Positions 29,606 to 40,644 are shown, counted from the first letter of the stretch. The stretch: 59,407 bases of DNA from Chthoniobacterales bacterium (GCA_038225185.1 JBBRFA010000004.1:1-59407), one strand, 5' to 3'. Numbers and translations: made by a program. Notes: a model not told the origin generated them from the sequence alone.

Positions 29606-29961
29606 GTCACAACTGAACGGTTTTAAAAATAGATGAGATCGCTTAACTTCGCGCCACTGACTATGTTAAAAGCCCGCCTACTTGCGCTATTTTAATAAAT
29701 TTCATCTGCCATAAGCGGGTTATGAAGCGTCTGCGTCGCCTTAATTTCCATGAAATCTCGGCTCATTTGTGACTTTGATGGTAACAAGTTACAATTCGCA
29801 ACTTCGCAGCGTCCAATGTCGGGGTGAAATCAAATTCGCATCAGTTTCGGTCAACTTCCAAACTTGGTCGAACTCTGCCGGATTTTCACTTTTTTAGATT
29901 TTTTCGTAAAGCCCCCGATAACAAGGGTTTAAGAGTGTTCCAGCTTTTGTCGTTACCCGAT

Positions 29962-31761
29962 TTATACTTTTCGCCCGAATTTTTTTTCCAAATCGGGATA
30001 GCTAAACTGGATGAGAGTGGGACGTCCGTGCGGACAACAATAAGGCAGATCGCAGGCCATCAGATCCCGAATCAATTGCGATTGCTCCTCGGGATGGAGC
30101 AAGTCGTTGGCTTTGACGGCATGACGACAGACGGTTTTTGCGATGACGTCCTCGCCCAACCGCAGGCTGGAGGTCTGGGTGGTGACACTGCGCAAATCGT
30201 CGATGAGCTGGCGGATGAGTTGCAGCGGATCGCTCGTGCGCACGAAGCCGGGTATGGCGTCGATTTTATAGGTGGTATCCCCGGCGGATTGGCCGAAGGG
30301 TTCGATGCCCATTCCCATGCGCTGAAGGGTGGCGAGATTTTGCGAAAGCCAGGCGTGATCGCGCGGCGGGACGTTGATGGTGAGGGGGAGAAGCAAGCGT
30401 TGCGAGGCCACGCCGCGCGTCTCCATGCTGCGTTGCACCTGCTCGAAAAGGATGCGTTCGTGGGCGGCGTGTTGATCGACGAGCACCAGTCCCTCCGCAG
30501 ATTCGAGCAGGATGTAAAGTTTGCCGAGCACGCCAAGAATTTTGAATTGCGGCGGTGGTGCCGAGACGAGCGAAGGGACTTCCAACTCGGGCGGTTGCAG
30601 CGGGACTGGCGGGGGGAAAACTGGCGTGGAATTAACACCGGACGAATCGACGTGAGGCAGGAGAAGCGCCGCTTTTTTAACGAAAGTTTCGGTCGCTGGC
30701 AACGGAACGAAAGTCCGGTTGACTGGCGGGGTAAAAACAGGCGGGGTGAATTTCTTTTCCCAATCGCCGCGCGTGGCCTCCAGGGTGCGACGAATGACGC
30801 CTGCAAGCACTTCGCGCAAATGCATGGGATCGCGAAACCGCACTTCGCGCTTGGCCGGGTGGACGTTGACATCCACAGCGGCCGGGTCCATATCGAGAAA
30901 GAGGAAGGTCACCGGATGCTGCCCGCGCATGAGGGCCGTGTGATAGCCTTCGCGCAAGGCGTAATTAATCGTGGGATTTTCCACTGCGCGTCCGTTGACA
31001 AAACTAATCTGCTGAGTGCGACTGGAGCGACTGATGCCAGGTTTACCGATCATTCCACGGACCTGGATCCCATCAATGTCGGTCTCGGGGATGATGACTA
31101 GCTGTTCGACCAGTTCGCGGCCATAAAGATCGCGCAGACGGTCGGAGAGATCGGCGGAAGCTGGGAGCTGAAACACGGTGCGGTCGTCGCGCAAAAAGGT
31201 AAAAGCCACCGCCGGATGTCCGATGGCCTGGAGATGGAGCGCATGTTCGATGTGGCTGGATTCGGTGTTTTCGGTGCGGAGAAATTTGCGGCGGGCGGGC
31301 AGATTGTAAAAAAGCGAGCGCACTTCGATCTGGGTGCCTGGAGCATCGCCCCCGGCGCGAACGGCTTCGATTTTTCCACCCGAGATGAGGATTTCGGTGC
31401 CTTCCTCGGCCTCGCGGGGGCGTGTGCTGAGGCGAAATCGCGACACACTGGCGATGCTGGGCAGGGCTTCCCCGCGAAATCCCAGGGTGGCAATGGCGGC
31501 GAGATCGCTGCCAAGGCGGATTTTACTCGTGGCATGACGCTCGAGACAAAGCAGGGCGTCGTCACGATCCATCCCGATGCCGTCATCGACGATTTTAATG
31601 TGCGAAATACCACCGCGCCGAATGAGGACTTCGATGCGGCGTGCCTGGGCGTCGAGGCTATTTTCGACGAGTTCCTTGACCACCGAGGCAGGGCGTTCCA
31701 CCACTTCGCCAGCGGCGACCTGGTTGGCGACTTCTTCGGGTAGGAGGCGGATGTTTCCCAT
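29962..31761 (-). CDS. mutL: DNA mismatch repair protein MutL
   Basis: Internal ATG at 31761: MGNIRLLPEEVANQVAAGEVVERPASVVKELVENSLDA (GHKL ATPase). The C-terminal endonuclease/dimerization region includes DQHAAHERILFE. Confidence 0.93.
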   Translation of the reverse strand: MGNIRLLPEEVANQVAAGEVVERPASVVKELVENSLDAQARRIEVLIRRGGISHIKIVDDGIGMDRDDALLCLERHATSKIRLGSDLAAIATLGFRGEALPSIASVSRFRLSTRPREAEEGTEILISGGKIEAVRAGGDAPGTQIEVRSLFYNLPARRKFLRTENTESSHIEHALHLQAIGHPAVAFTFLRDDRTVFQLPASADLSDRLRDLYGRELVEQLVIIPETDIDGIQVRGMIGKPGISRSSRTQQISFVNGRAVENPTINYALREGYHTALMRGQHPVTFLFLDMDPAAVDVNVHPAKREVRFRDPMHLREVLAGVIRRTLEATRGDWEKKFTPPVFTPPVNRTFVPLPATETFVKKAALLLPHVDSSGVNSTPVFPPPVPLQPPELEVPSLVSAPPPQFKILGVLGKLYILLESAEGLVLVDQHAAHERILFEQVQRSMETRGVASQRLLLPLTINVPPRDHAWLSQNLATLQRMGMGIEPFGQSAGDTTYKIDAIPGFVRTSDPLQLIRQLIDDLRSVTTQTSSLRLGEDVIAKTVCRHAVKANDLLHPEEQSQLIRDLMACDLPYCCPHGRPTLIQFSYPDLEKKFGRKV

Positions 31762-31859
31762 GGGAGAGATAATGCAAAAGCACCATGCCTGCGGGCTGCG
31801 GCGAAGGGAAATGGATTTTTTGACTTTGCCGCGTTGGAAGACTACTTTGCACAAGAAAA

Positions 31860-32204
31860 ATGATCACTATTACCGAAAAAGCCGCCGAAGAAATCAAATC
31901 GCTCCTCGCCAGCAAAGGTCTCGGCACGGAGAGCGGCTTGCGCGTTGGCATCAGTCGCGGCGGGTGTGCCGGTCTGCAATACGATATGGCATTGGGCGAG
32001 GCAGAGGCAGGTGATGCCGTGAGCGAACGTGATGGTGTGCGAATTTTTGTGGATGCACCCAGTCAGCAGCTTCTGGCCGGGTCGATGCTCGATTATGTGG
32101 ATGATCTTGCCGGGGCGGGCTTTCGCGTGGTTAATCCCAATGCGGTGCGCAGTTGCGGATGTGGCACTTCGTTTGAACCAGAAGTAGCCGCAGTCGCGCA
32201 GTGA
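31860..32204 (+). CDS. erpA: iron-sulfur cluster insertion protein (HesB/IscA/ErpA family)
   Basis: 114 aa with GGCAGLQY and the C-terminal SCGCGTSF cysteine motif. Confidence 0.85.
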   Translation: MITITEKAAEEIKSLLASKGLGTESGLRVGISRGGCAGLQYDMALGEAEAGDAVSERDGVRIFVDAPSQQLLAGSMLDYVDDLAGAGFRVVNPNAVRSCGCGTSFEPEVAAVAQ

Positions 32205-33658
32205 AGCAGAATCTCAACCCCTCCCGCCGTCGTCCTCGCATGACCATCGAAGGCGAGTTGCTGGCTCGCCGCAGCGAACGCACCAAGGCACCTTCCAAAG
32301 ACAATCTTTTTATCTGGACGGTTTTTTTGCTACTCCTAACCGGTGTGGTGATGGCTGCTGGAATGGGGAGCTATTATATTTTTCAAAACCCGGAGCATCC
32401 GCGCAGTTATGCCATTCTTAGGAAATTGAAAAAGCTCGACGCTCCAAAACGTTTCGAGCCAAACGCAGCTCCTCGCGGACGTTTTTTTACCGCTGCACAA
32501 CTACATGAATTGTATGCCGAAAAGACCGACGCGGAGCTGGCCCTGATCAATCGCCAGTTGCTCCACGCCTACCTTGATAATTACACGCAGAAGGATAATT
32601 CCATCCCCTATCTCACCGGCCAGTTTACGGTGGTTGGGAGCGAGTCTTTGAATGAGAAAAAGATTTTCACCTCGGGCTACGTGGCCCGCGCCCGTTCCAC
32701 CGAGGAACCGCGGTTGCAGATCGAGCAAATTTACCCGGCATCACCGGAATATCGCGACGATCTGGCAAAACTGCTGGCTCCCGGAGTGGATATCAAACTG
32801 GAACGCACCTACGATCTCTCTGCCGTGCTTCATGTCGCGCGACTGGAGGGAGAGGCATTGTTAGTAACCATTATCCCGTTAAACTACGATTCCTACGGTT
32901 CGAGCAGCGGACGCGAAGTGCATCTTTCGCCGCCCGAAATGCCTAACCTCAGTGCTCCTTTGCCAGTTTCGGATCTGCTCGAACCTGCCCGCGCCATCCT
33001 GGTGGAGAAGGATAACAAATCCGCCCCCGTGGTGGTGGCTCGAAGTGGTCCCACACCCGACCAGACCGAAATCCGTGTGGCGCGCGCCCTCCCGGTGAAG
33101 GGGCCTGCCGTGCCGATTCCAAAAGTCGCGCCCGTCGCCAGCCCCACGCCGCAAGTGCTCGCCGCTCTGCCTGTGGAGACTCCATCTCCCAGTCCTACCT
33201 TGATCGTGGCTGCGGTGACCCCTCTTCCACCAACGCCGACGCCGACTCCGAAAAAAGTGATCGCCTCCTCCGCTGTGCCCACCCCCAAGGCAACCGCCCG
33301 CTGGCAGACGTATCGTCCTGGTCTCATGCCGCGCGGCAAACTGGTTGGCGTGCCCGAATTGAGGCCCCTTTCCGAGGCGGGCGGCCCCAAATCGACGACT
33401 TATCTCGAAGGCAATTTCGTGGTGCGAGCCAGCGATGGCAACCGGGCGATCATGCGCCCCAGCAACCGTCTCGCGAACGCCATTGGAGTGGGTGGCGGGC
33501 AGACGCGAATCATTGTGGAATATCCCGAGGGCCGTTCGGTCCCCGCCCCGGGCACGCTGGTGAACCGTGGGCGGGATCGTCCGTTCCAGATTACTTCGGT
33601 GCGGAAAGATGCGAACGGTTTACTTAATGTAACCGTGCGCGAAATCACCGATCCCTAG
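32201..33658 (+). CDS. single-pass membrane-anchored protein with a Pro-rich linker, unknown function
   Basis: The GTG start overlaps the erpA stop (GTGA); an alternative ATG lies at 32240. It has one TM helix (LFIWTVFLLLLTGVVMAAGMGSYYIF) and a PTPTPTP-rich segment. Confidence 0.6.
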   Translation: MKQNLNPSRRRPRMTIEGELLARRSERTKAPSKDNLFIWTVFLLLLTGVVMAAGMGSYYIFQNPEHPRSYAILRKLKKLDAPKRFEPNAAPRGRFFTAAQLHELYAEKTDAELALINRQLLHAYLDNYTQKDNSIPYLTGQFTVVGSESLNEKKIFTSGYVARARSTEEPRLQIEQIYPASPEYRDDLAKLLAPGVDIKLERTYDLSAVLHVARLEGEALLVTIIPLNYDSYGSSSGREVHLSPPEMPNLSAPLPVSDLLEPARAILVEKDNKSAPVVVARSGPTPDQTEIRVARALPVKGPAVPIPKVAPVASPTPQVLAALPVETPSPSPTLIVAAVTPLPPTPTPTPKKVIASSAVPTPKATARWQTYRPGLMPRGKLVGVPELRPLSEAGGPKSTTYLEGNFVVRASDGNRAIMRPSNRLANAIGVGGGQTRIIVEYPEGRSVPAPGTLVNRGRDRPFQITSVRKDANGLLNVTVREITDP

Positions 33659-33740
33659 CTGATCCTGCGCTAAAACTAGCTCGTAACCGAGCGGCCAGGT
33701 TAGGACGGTCTCTCTATTAAAACAAGGAGCACCCTCGTTT

Positions 33741-34745
33741 TTAGGGAGGTGTGCCGGGACGTTTGATTCCCTGCGCTTTATCGAGGTCGGCTTCGACCAT
33801 GATTTTAACGAGCTCTTTAAATTTCGTTTTCGGTTCCCAACCCAGTTTTTCCTTTGCTTTGGCGGGATCACCGATCAGGAGATCGACTTCTGCCGGACGC
33901 TCGTAACGGGCATCGTATTTGACGTATTTTTCCCAATCCAGATCGACGCTGGCGAAAGCTTCCTCGACGTATTGTTGCACGGAATAGGTCTCGTTGGTCG
34001 CGAGGATAAAATCGTCCGGTTCATCGTGCTGGAGCATGCGCCACATGCCCTCGACATATTCGGGAGCGTAACCCCAGTCGCGCTTGGCTTCGCGGTTGCC
34101 GAGATAAAGCGAGTCCTGCTGGCCGAGCTTGATCGCAGCTACGGCGCGGGAAATTTTACGCGTGACAAAAGTTTCTCCGCGTCGCGGGCTTTCGTGGTTG
34201 AAAAGGATGCCGTTGCTGGCAAAAAGACCGTAACTTTCGCGGTAATTAATCGTGGCCCAATAACCGAACATTTTGGCGCAGCCATACGGACTCCGCGGCC
34301 AGAACGGTGTGGTTTCCTTTTGCGGCACTTCCTGCACTTTGCCATACATTTCTGAAGAACTAGCCTGGTAAAAGCGCGGTTTAACCCCCGACTCACGAAT
34401 CGCTTCGAGAATGCGGATGGTGCCCACGCCAGTGACGTCAGCGGTGTATTCCGGCACGTCGAAACTCACCCGCACGTGACTCTGCGCGCCGAGGTTATAG
34501 ATTTCGTCGGGTTGCAGGCTGTAAAGCAGTTTGACGAGGTTTACCGAATCGGAGAGATCGCCGTAATGGAGAAAGAGCTTTACGTCGTTGACGTGCGGAT
34601 CGGCGTAGATGTGGTCGATCCGCGAGGTGTTAAACGTGCTGGCGCGACGGATGATGCCGTGGACTTCATAGCCTTTGTCTAATAAAAGATCAGCGAGATA
34701 GGATCCGTCCTGACCGGTGATGCCTGTGATGAGTGCTTTTTTCAT
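33741..34745 (-). CDS. gmd: GDP-mannose 4,6-dehydratase
   Basis: [47 protein letters not shown] followed by the SDR catalytic region (SSSEMYG, SPYGCAK). Confidence 0.93.
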   Translation of the reverse strand: MKKALITGITGQDGSYLADLLLDKGYEVHGIIRRASTFNTSRIDHIYADPHVNDVKLFLHYGDLSDSVNLVKLLYSLQPDEIYNLGAQSHVRVSFDVPEYTADVTGVGTIRILEAIRESGVKPRFYQASSSEMYGKVQEVPQKETTPFWPRSPYGCAKMFGYWATINYRESYGLFASNGILFNHESPRRGETFVTRKISRAVAAIKLGQQDSLYLGNREAKRDWGYAPEYVEGMWRMLQHDEPDDFILATNETYSVQQYVEEAFASVDLDWEKYVKYDARYERPAEVDLLIGDPAKAKEKLGWEPKTKFKELVKIMVEADLDKAQGIKRPGTPP

Positions 34746-34767
34746 AGTTGTGTGTTTCCCTTTTTTG

Positions 34768-35514
34768 TTAAGTCACGGAGATGCCCTGTTGTTCGAGCGC
34801 GTTCAGTTGACCGCGTAAGAGGTCAGCTACGCCTTTTTTACCAAGAGCAAGCAGTTGGGCGAGTTCTTTTTCGGAAAAAACCGCTTCCTCGCCCGAGCCT
34901 TGCACCTCGATAAATTGCAGATCGCTGGTCATCACGATATTCATATCCACCGCGGCATCCTTATCCTCGAGATAATCGAGATCGAGCAGCACTTCACCGC
35001 CACAGATGCCGACGCTTACGGCAGCGGCAAGTTTTTGGATGGGCAAGGCGGCGAGTTTACCTTCGGCAACGAGCTTATAACAAGCCAGGACCACAGCGAC
35101 GGTCGCCCCGGTGATGGAGGCCGTGCGCGTGCCGCCATCGGCCTGGAGAACATCGCAATCGACGCAAAGCGTGCGGGGGCCAAGTTTTTCCAGATCCACC
35201 ACAGCCCGCAGGGATCGTCCGATGAGACGTTGAATCTCGGTGCTGCGCCCGTCGAGTCGGCCTTTGGTGATGTCGCGTTCCTTGCGGTCGAGCGTGGAAT
35301 ACGGGAGCATGGAATACTCTGCGGTGAGCCAGCCGCCAGCGACGTTTTGTTCCTTCATCCAGCGGGGCACTTTTTCCTGGATCATCGCGCTGCAAATCAC
35401 CCGGGTGTTACCGGTGGCAATAAGGACCGAACCAGTGGCGTGGGGAGCGATGCCGGGAGTGAAAAAAAGTGGGCGGATTTGGTCGGCAGCGCGACCATCA
35501 AGGCGGATTGACAT
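34768..35514 (-). CDS. rph: ribonuclease PH
   Basis: Internal ATG at 35514: [15 protein letters not shown]...[14 protein letters not shown]...[19 protein letters not shown]. The 115-codon N-terminal extension in the track is spurious. Confidence 0.93.
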   Translation of the reverse strand: MSIRLDGRAADQIRPLFFTPGIAPHATGSVLIATGNTRVICSAMIQEKVPRWMKEQNVAGGWLTAEYSMLPYSTLDRKERDITKGRLDGRSTEIQRLIGRSLRAVVDLEKLGPRTLCVDCDVLQADGGTRTASITGATVAVVLACYKLVAEGKLAALPIQKLAAAVSVGICGGEVLLDLDYLEDKDAAVDMNIVMTSDLQFIEVQGSGEEAVFSEKELAQLLALGKKGVADLLRGQLNALEQQGISVT

Positions 35515-35696
35515 GGCGCGAGAGTAGTGGGCAGACGGGAAATGGCAAGCAGCCATTGCGGCAACCAAACACCGGAAAACTATGCTCCAGAAAACGAGGT
35601 AACCTGGGTGCGGACGAGTGATTATATGAGGCAACCAAATTGGAGCAGGCAATTTGGTGATTGAACGCGGGTGGCTTGTCGCCGATTCTTCGCTGC

Positions 35697-36554
35697 ATGT
35701 TGATCCACAGTGCAAAAGTGCAGGTCCCAGGAACTTCGGCCAATCTCGGGCCGGGCTTCGATTGTCTTGGCCTCGCCCTCTCAGTGCATAATATTCTCGT
35801 CCTCGAACGCGGCGAAAGTCAGCCTCCCGAACCGATGATCGCCCAGGCTGCCGAAGCATTTTTTCGGAAAACAGGCGTGCTCCCCTTCCCTTTTCAATGG
35901 TCCATCTCTGGCGAAGTGCCGCGTTCGCGCGGTCTCGGCAGTAGCGTCACGGTGCGCCTCGGGCTTTTGCAGGCCCTCAACGAAATCGCCGGTCTGCCAC
36001 TTACCTTGGATGCCGTTTTTCGTCTCTGCGCTTGTCTCGAGGGGCATCCCGACAACGCCGCCCCCGCTGCCTTTGGCGGATTTACCGTGGCCCGGGGAAA
36101 TGGCGCGGTAGCGCGTTTCGAGGTCGATCCCGCCCTAAAAATAGTCCTCCTCATCCCCGATTTCGAGACCGAAACCAGCTCGGCTCGCAAAGTGATGCCT
36201 CCACACCTCTCCATCGCCGACGCGGTGCATTCCCTCGGCAATGCCTGCGCCATCACTGCTGCTTTTGCCACTAAAAATTACGCCGGTCTGCGAGGCGCTT
36301 TTTCCGATAAAATCCATCAACCCTATCGCACACAGCTCATCCCATTTCTCCCAAAAGTGCTTGCCGCTGCCGAGGAAGCCGGCGCCTTGGGCGGGTTCCT
36401 TTCCGGCTCCGGCTCGACCATCGCCGCAGTCACACTCGAACGTCCCGGCGCCGTCGCCCAAGCCATGGCCGCCGCCTCGGGGCTCTCCTCTGCCACGACC
36501 AAAATCACCACCGTGGACAATCTCGGGGTTAAAACTCTCGAAATCCATAACTAA
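35697..36554 (+). CDS. thrB: homoserine kinase
   Basis: Internal ATG at 35697. The GHMP kinase motifs are VPGTSANLGPGFDCLGLAL and PRSRGLGSSV. Confidence 0.9.
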   Translation: MLIHSAKVQVPGTSANLGPGFDCLGLALSVHNILVLERGESQPPEPMIAQAAEAFFRKTGVLPFPFQWSISGEVPRSRGLGSSVTVRLGLLQALNEIAGLPLTLDAVFRLCACLEGHPDNAAPAAFGGFTVARGNGAVARFEVDPALKIVLLIPDFETETSSARKVMPPHLSIADAVHSLGNACAITAAFATKNYAGLRGAFSDKIHQPYRTQLIPFLPKVLAAAEEAGALGGFLSGSGSTIAAVTLERPGAVAQAMAAASGLSSATTKITTVDNLGVKTLEIHN

Positions 36555-36560
36555 CATCGC

Positions 36561-37757
36561 ATGAGCCGTCGCCTCGAAGAAGCCGAAGAATACGCCATCG
36601 AGGTCATCATGGGCCGGGCCCGGGGTTTCCAGGCCTCTCTCTTGCGGACACTTTTGCTAGGTCTCTCGCAAATTTACCGCCTCATCGTCCAGGCTCGTTT
36701 GTTCCTGTTTAAAAAACGCTATATTCGCGATCATCAATTGGGCTGTCTCGTGATTAGCATTGGCAATCTCACGGTCGGTGGCACCGGCAAGACACCGGTC
36801 GTCGAAAAATTTGCCCGCGCGCTCCAGGATGGCGGACGGCGCGTGGCGATTCTTACCCGTGGCTATAAAAGCAAGCCACCACCCGATACCCGCACTTTCT
36901 GGCAGCGTCTTCTTTTGCAAAAGACCCGGCGTAAACCCCGCGTGGTCTCCGATGGCAAACAGATTCTCATGGATTCCGAATACGCGGGCGATGAGCCCTT
37001 TATGCTAGCAAAAAATCTTCGCGATGTGCCGGTGATCGTGGATAAAAACCGGGTGAAAAGCGGTGTGCTGGCCATCAACGATTTTGGAGCAGACACCCTG
37101 ATCCTGGATGATGGATTGCAATACCTGCACCTTAAACACCGGCTCGACATCGTGCTGGTCGATTGCCAGGCGCCTTTCGGCAACGAATTCCTCCTCCCCC
37201 GAGGCACTTTGAGGGAGCCCCCCGAAAATTTGCACCGGGCCAGCTATATCTTCCTAACCAAAAGCGAAGGCGACAACGACGCGCTGATAAAACGCATTCG
37301 CAAGTATAACAGACGGGCCGAAATCATAGAATGTTCGCATCAGCCCCAATACCTCGAAAACCTCCACACAGGGGAAATTGTTCCCCTCGATTTTCTCAAA
37401 GAAAAATACGTGGGGGCACTCAGCGGCATAGCCTCTCCTCTAAGTTTCGAGAATGGCCTTAAAAAACTGGGCGCCAACGTGATCGTATTTCGCAGATTCG
37501 CAGATCACCACCGCTATTCTGGCGAAGATCTCACCGTCTTTATTCAGCGCTGCATCCGGCGCGATGTGCATGCCATCATCACCACCGAAAAAGATGCCGT
37601 GCGTTTCCCCACGATGGCTCCCTTGGAAGTCCCCATCTTTTTTCTAAGAGTCGAAATCGCCATCATCAGCGGACAGGAAACCTGGGAGCATTGCGTGAAA
37701 CGAATCTGCGAGCCTCATCAGATTACGCCAGCAGAAATACGGTTGCAACCAGCCTAG
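36561..37757 (+). CDS. lpxK: tetraacyldisaccharide 4'-kinase
   Basis: The P-loop [16 protein letters not shown] and the overall length are typical of LpxK. Confidence 0.88.
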   Translation: MSRRLEEAEEYAIEVIMGRARGFQASLLRTLLLGLSQIYRLIVQARLFLFKKRYIRDHQLGCLVISIGNLTVGGTGKTPVVEKFARALQDGGRRVAILTRGYKSKPPPDTRTFWQRLLLQKTRRKPRVVSDGKQILMDSEYAGDEPFMLAKNLRDVPVIVDKNRVKSGVLAINDFGADTLILDDGLQYLHLKHRLDIVLVDCQAPFGNEFLLPRGTLREPPENLHRASYIFLTKSEGDNDALIKRIRKYNRRAEIIECSHQPQYLENLHTGEIVPLDFLKEKYVGALSGIASPLSFENGLKKLGANVIVFRRFADHHRYSGEDLTVFIQRCIRRDVHAIITTEKDAVRFPTMAPLEVPIFFLRVEIAIISGQETWEHCVKRICEPHQITPAEIRLQPA

Positions 37758-37760
37758 CAA

Positions 37761-40058
37761 ATGAGCGCTTTTAATTCTCCGACTGGCAAATATCCATTCG
37801 TGGGAATCACCGTCGCTGCCATCGGGGGCATTTTACTGGCAGATGTTTTCCCAGCCCAGGTGAGTCTTTGTCTGTTCGCCGTGGCGACGACATTTTTAGC
37901 TTGGCTGGCCGTGCGTAAAACTCCCCTGCTTCTTTTGTTAGTAAGCAGCGTTTTTTATGGTTTGCACAGCCTGCCACTTTACAACAACCCCGGCATGGCT
38001 CTTTCGCAACTGGTGGCGGATCGGGAGATCACCGTTCAAGGCGTTGCCGTGGTGGACTCTGCCGCCAGTGAGATCGCCTCCTCATCCGGCGCGATTAGAA
38101 GCAGTTTCCAGGTAAAATCTGCCTGGCTAACCGTGCAGGACGTTCAATCCGTCGGGCCTGTTTCCTTGTTTATCTCCTGGCCAAACGCCGATCCGCAGAT
38201 CGGTGATGTCGTAAGTTTCGAAGGTATCCTCTCTAAAATTCCGAAGCCAAGAAATCCGGCGGAATTCGATTTCGCCAACTGGTTGTCGCGCCAGGACATC
38301 CATTCCCAGGTACGCGTGCCCCTCGCTGCCAATGCCAAAATCGCAACCAAAGGCGCAGACTGGCTGCCGAGACGACTGGCGCAACGAACCAGACTTTTTT
38401 TAAACACCATTATAACCAAAGATCTAAGCGACTCCCCGATCCAGGCGGGCGTGATCTCTGCCATGATTCTCGGTGCGGAAAAAGAGACTCCCGATGCCAT
38501 CAAGGAGCTGTTTCTCATTACCGGCACCCTGCATCTTTTTTCAGTGAGCGGCCTGCACATAGGCATGCTGGCCACCATCGGATTTTTCGGGCTTACTTTA
38601 CTTCGTGTGCGCCGGCATCATGCGATGATGCTAACCATTCCGCTGGTCTTTGCCTATGCCCTCATCACGGGCTGGAATCCTGCCAGTGTCCGGGCAGCCG
38701 TTATGACATCTGCGTTCGTGGTTTCCACCCTGCTCAACCGCGCCTCCACCTCTGGCAACACTCTGGCGGTGGCTTGTTTTTTGATTCTTCTCGGCAATAC
38801 CCAGCAGCTTTTTGCCACTGGTTTCCAGCTTTCCTTTTTTGTCGTGGCGTCTCTCATTATCCTGCACAACCCGATTAAAACGATTTTCCAGGATTTTTTT
38901 CGTCCTGACCCGTTTATTCCAAGAAAATTGTTAACCTGGCGGCAAAAAACAGGCTGGACGGTGGGGTCGCAATTAAGCGGTATGTTTGCCATCACGTTGG
39001 CTTCGTGGCTGGGATCTGTCGGGCTTACGTTATGGTATTTCCACTTGTTTACCCCGGTTGCCCTGCTGGCAAATTTATTCATCGTCCCTTTGTCATTCGG
39101 AGTGCTGTTGCTCGGCGTGCTGGCCCTGGTAAGCTTTCCCCTTTCGGCTGGATTAGCCGTTCTGTTTAATAATGCCAACTGGGGATTGGTCTCCCTGCTG
39201 TTAGCTTTGCTGAATGTTTTTACCAGTATTCCGCTCGGTAGTTTATTCGTCGGCCCCGCCTGGTGGCAACGTTTTGAAAAGGAAAAGCTGACCGTCCTCG
39301 ACCTCGGCAATGGAGCCTCTGCAATCTTGGAAATAAATGGAAAAAACTGGTTGATCGACTGTGGTTCCGAGACCAGTTATCGCAGGGTGGTGCGGCCTTA
39401 CTTGCAAAAGCGCGGAATCAATCGTGTGGAAGCTATTTTCCTAACCCATGGCGACAGCGCTCACGTGGGGGGCATTCGACAATTCATTATCGACTTCCCC
39501 CGCGCAGACATTTACTTGCCCGAAGCTGGGGCGGATTCCCTCGTTTTTAAAAAACTACAGGTCGGGAATGATGCTCGATTTCTTACGCAAGGAGATCGTA
39601 TTTCACTGGGCAAAGAAGCTCACATCGAAGCAGTCTGGCCGCCATCGACAGTGGATAGCAATCGGGCGGATGATCATTCCCTCGTTCTTAGGTTGCAGAT
39701 AGGTGATAAAAGTTTTTTGTTGGTCTCCGATAGCGGGTTTCCCACCGAACGGTCTTTGTTAAACTCAAGTTATAAAGGCAGACTGGCCGCAGACACCCTT
39801 CTTTTAGGACGTCATCGCCTGGATCCAGGTGGGTTGGAGGATTTCTATCGGGCTGTGAATCCTACCCGGATCGTGGCTTCGGCGGCTCTTTATCCAAGAT
39901 CAGAAAACATACCTCGAGAACTGATCGACTACTGCCGTTCCCAGGATGTCTCTCTTTTTAGGATGGATGCAACGGGCGCGGTTGAAATCGAAATCGCGCG
40001 GGGAAAAACTAACTTTCTCCCGTTTATAAGGCAAGACGCCTCAATAACTGATCCTTAA
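37761..40058 (+). CDS. comEC: DNA internalization-related competence protein ComEC/Rec2
   Basis: 765 aa with a polytopic competence domain and a C-terminal metallo-beta-lactamase fold (FLTHGDSAHVGG, LVSDSG). Confidence 0.88.
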   Translation: MSAFNSPTGKYPFVGITVAAIGGILLADVFPAQVSLCLFAVATTFLAWLAVRKTPLLLLLVSSVFYGLHSLPLYNNPGMALSQLVADREITVQGVAVVDSAASEIASSSGAIRSSFQVKSAWLTVQDVQSVGPVSLFISWPNADPQIGDVVSFEGILSKIPKPRNPAEFDFANWLSRQDIHSQVRVPLAANAKIATKGADWLPRRLAQRTRLFLNTIITKDLSDSPIQAGVISAMILGAEKETPDAIKELFLITGTLHLFSVSGLHIGMLATIGFFGLTLLRVRRHHAMMLTIPLVFAYALITGWNPASVRAAVMTSAFVVSTLLNRASTSGNTLAVACFLILLGNTQQLFATGFQLSFFVVASLIILHNPIKTIFQDFFRPDPFIPRKLLTWRQKTGWTVGSQLSGMFAITLASWLGSVGLTLWYFHLFTPVALLANLFIVPLSFGVLLLGVLALVSFPLSAGLAVLFNNANWGLVSLLLALLNVFTSIPLGSLFVGPAWWQRFEKEKLTVLDLGNGASAILEINGKNWLIDCGSETSYRRVVRPYLQKRGINRVEAIFLTHGDSAHVGGIRQFIIDFPRADIYLPEAGADSLVFKKLQVGNDARFLTQGDRISLGKEAHIEAVWPPSTVDSNRADDHSLVLRLQIGDKSFLLVSDSGFPTERSLLNSSYKGRLAADTLLLGRHRLDPGGLEDFYRAVNPTRIVASAALYPRSENIPRELIDYCRSQDVSLFRMDATGAVEIEIARGKTNFLPFIRQDASITDP

Positions 40059-40644
40059 AAATCGACTCACACTTTCTGGCACAATCCTCCACGGAGATTT
40101 CCTGTTTTACCTCGCGGCTAAGCGAAGTCATTTCCACGCCGGCGATGCCGCAGGGAGTGATGGAATCGAATCCCGTAAGATCGCTTGCCACGTTAAGGGC
40201 AAAGCCGTGCATGGTGATCCATTTTTTTACACCCACGCCTATGCTGGCGATCTTGCGGTCGTTCACCCATGCTCCAGTGAGCCCCTCCCGCCGACTTGCC
40301 TGGATGTGCCAGGAGTCTAGGGTTAGAATGAGTAGTTCCTCGATTACGCGGAGGTAATGATGCAAATCGCGACGCAGCGGGTTGAGATCGATAATCGGGT
40401 AACCGACCAACTGACCTGGGCCGTGGTAAGTGGCCTGCCCGCCACGATTTGTCGTCACCACCGGATGCGGCAAAGTGCCGGAACGCAAGCTGGATTGGTC
40501 GGAGGTTCTTCCTATGGTATAGACCGGTTCGTGCTCCAGCAGGAGCAAAGTATTGCCAGAGTGTCGTTGCACTATTTTTTCCTGCTCAACCAGGGCACTG
40601 CCATAGTCCATTCGCCCCAACCATTTTACGGCAAGCTCGCTCAT
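40024..40644 (-). CDS. lipB: octanoyltransferase (lipoate-protein ligase B)
   Basis: LLLLEHEPVYTIGR, RGGQATYHGPGQLVGYPI and KIASIGVGVKKWITMHGFALNV. The 3' end overlaps comEC convergently. Confidence 0.9.
   Translation of the reverse strand: MSELAVKWLGRMDYGSALVEQEKIVQRHSGNTLLLLEHEPVYTIGRTSDQSSLRSGTLPHPVVTTNRGGQATYHGPGQLVGYPIIDLNPLRRDLHHYLRVIEELLILTLDSWHIQASRREGLTGAWVNDRKIASIGVGVKKWITMHGFALNVASDLTGFDSITPCGIAGVEMTSLSREVKQEISVEDCARKCESIFKDQLLRRLAL

Noticed and set aside
20925-29960. Looked for an integrase gene and for a direct repeat of the tRNA-Thr 3' end (att site) to call an integrative element.
   Set aside because: I recognised no tyrosine or serine recombinase, and I found no repeat of GGTTCGAATCCCGTCGTCGGC by eye. 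I therefore report only an accessory block, not a defined mobile element.
29824-31101. 425-aa plus-strand ORF overlapping mutL, together with similar long antisense ORFs at 46327..47085, 49548..50387, 50576..51202, 17098..17856 and 15639..16373.
   Set aside because: Each lies opposite a gene with strong family motifs (mutL, metH, hflC, hflK, the oxidoreductase, the membrane protein). Their sequences are low-information shadow frames.
34768-35859. Long N-terminal extensions in the ORF track for rph, mutL, hflK, rpmE, thrB, the cupin gene, the GT4 gene, blc, prfA and others.
   Set aside because: The family-typical N-termini begin at internal ATGs. The extensions overlap neighbouring genes or intergenic DNA, and some begin at GTG or TTG.
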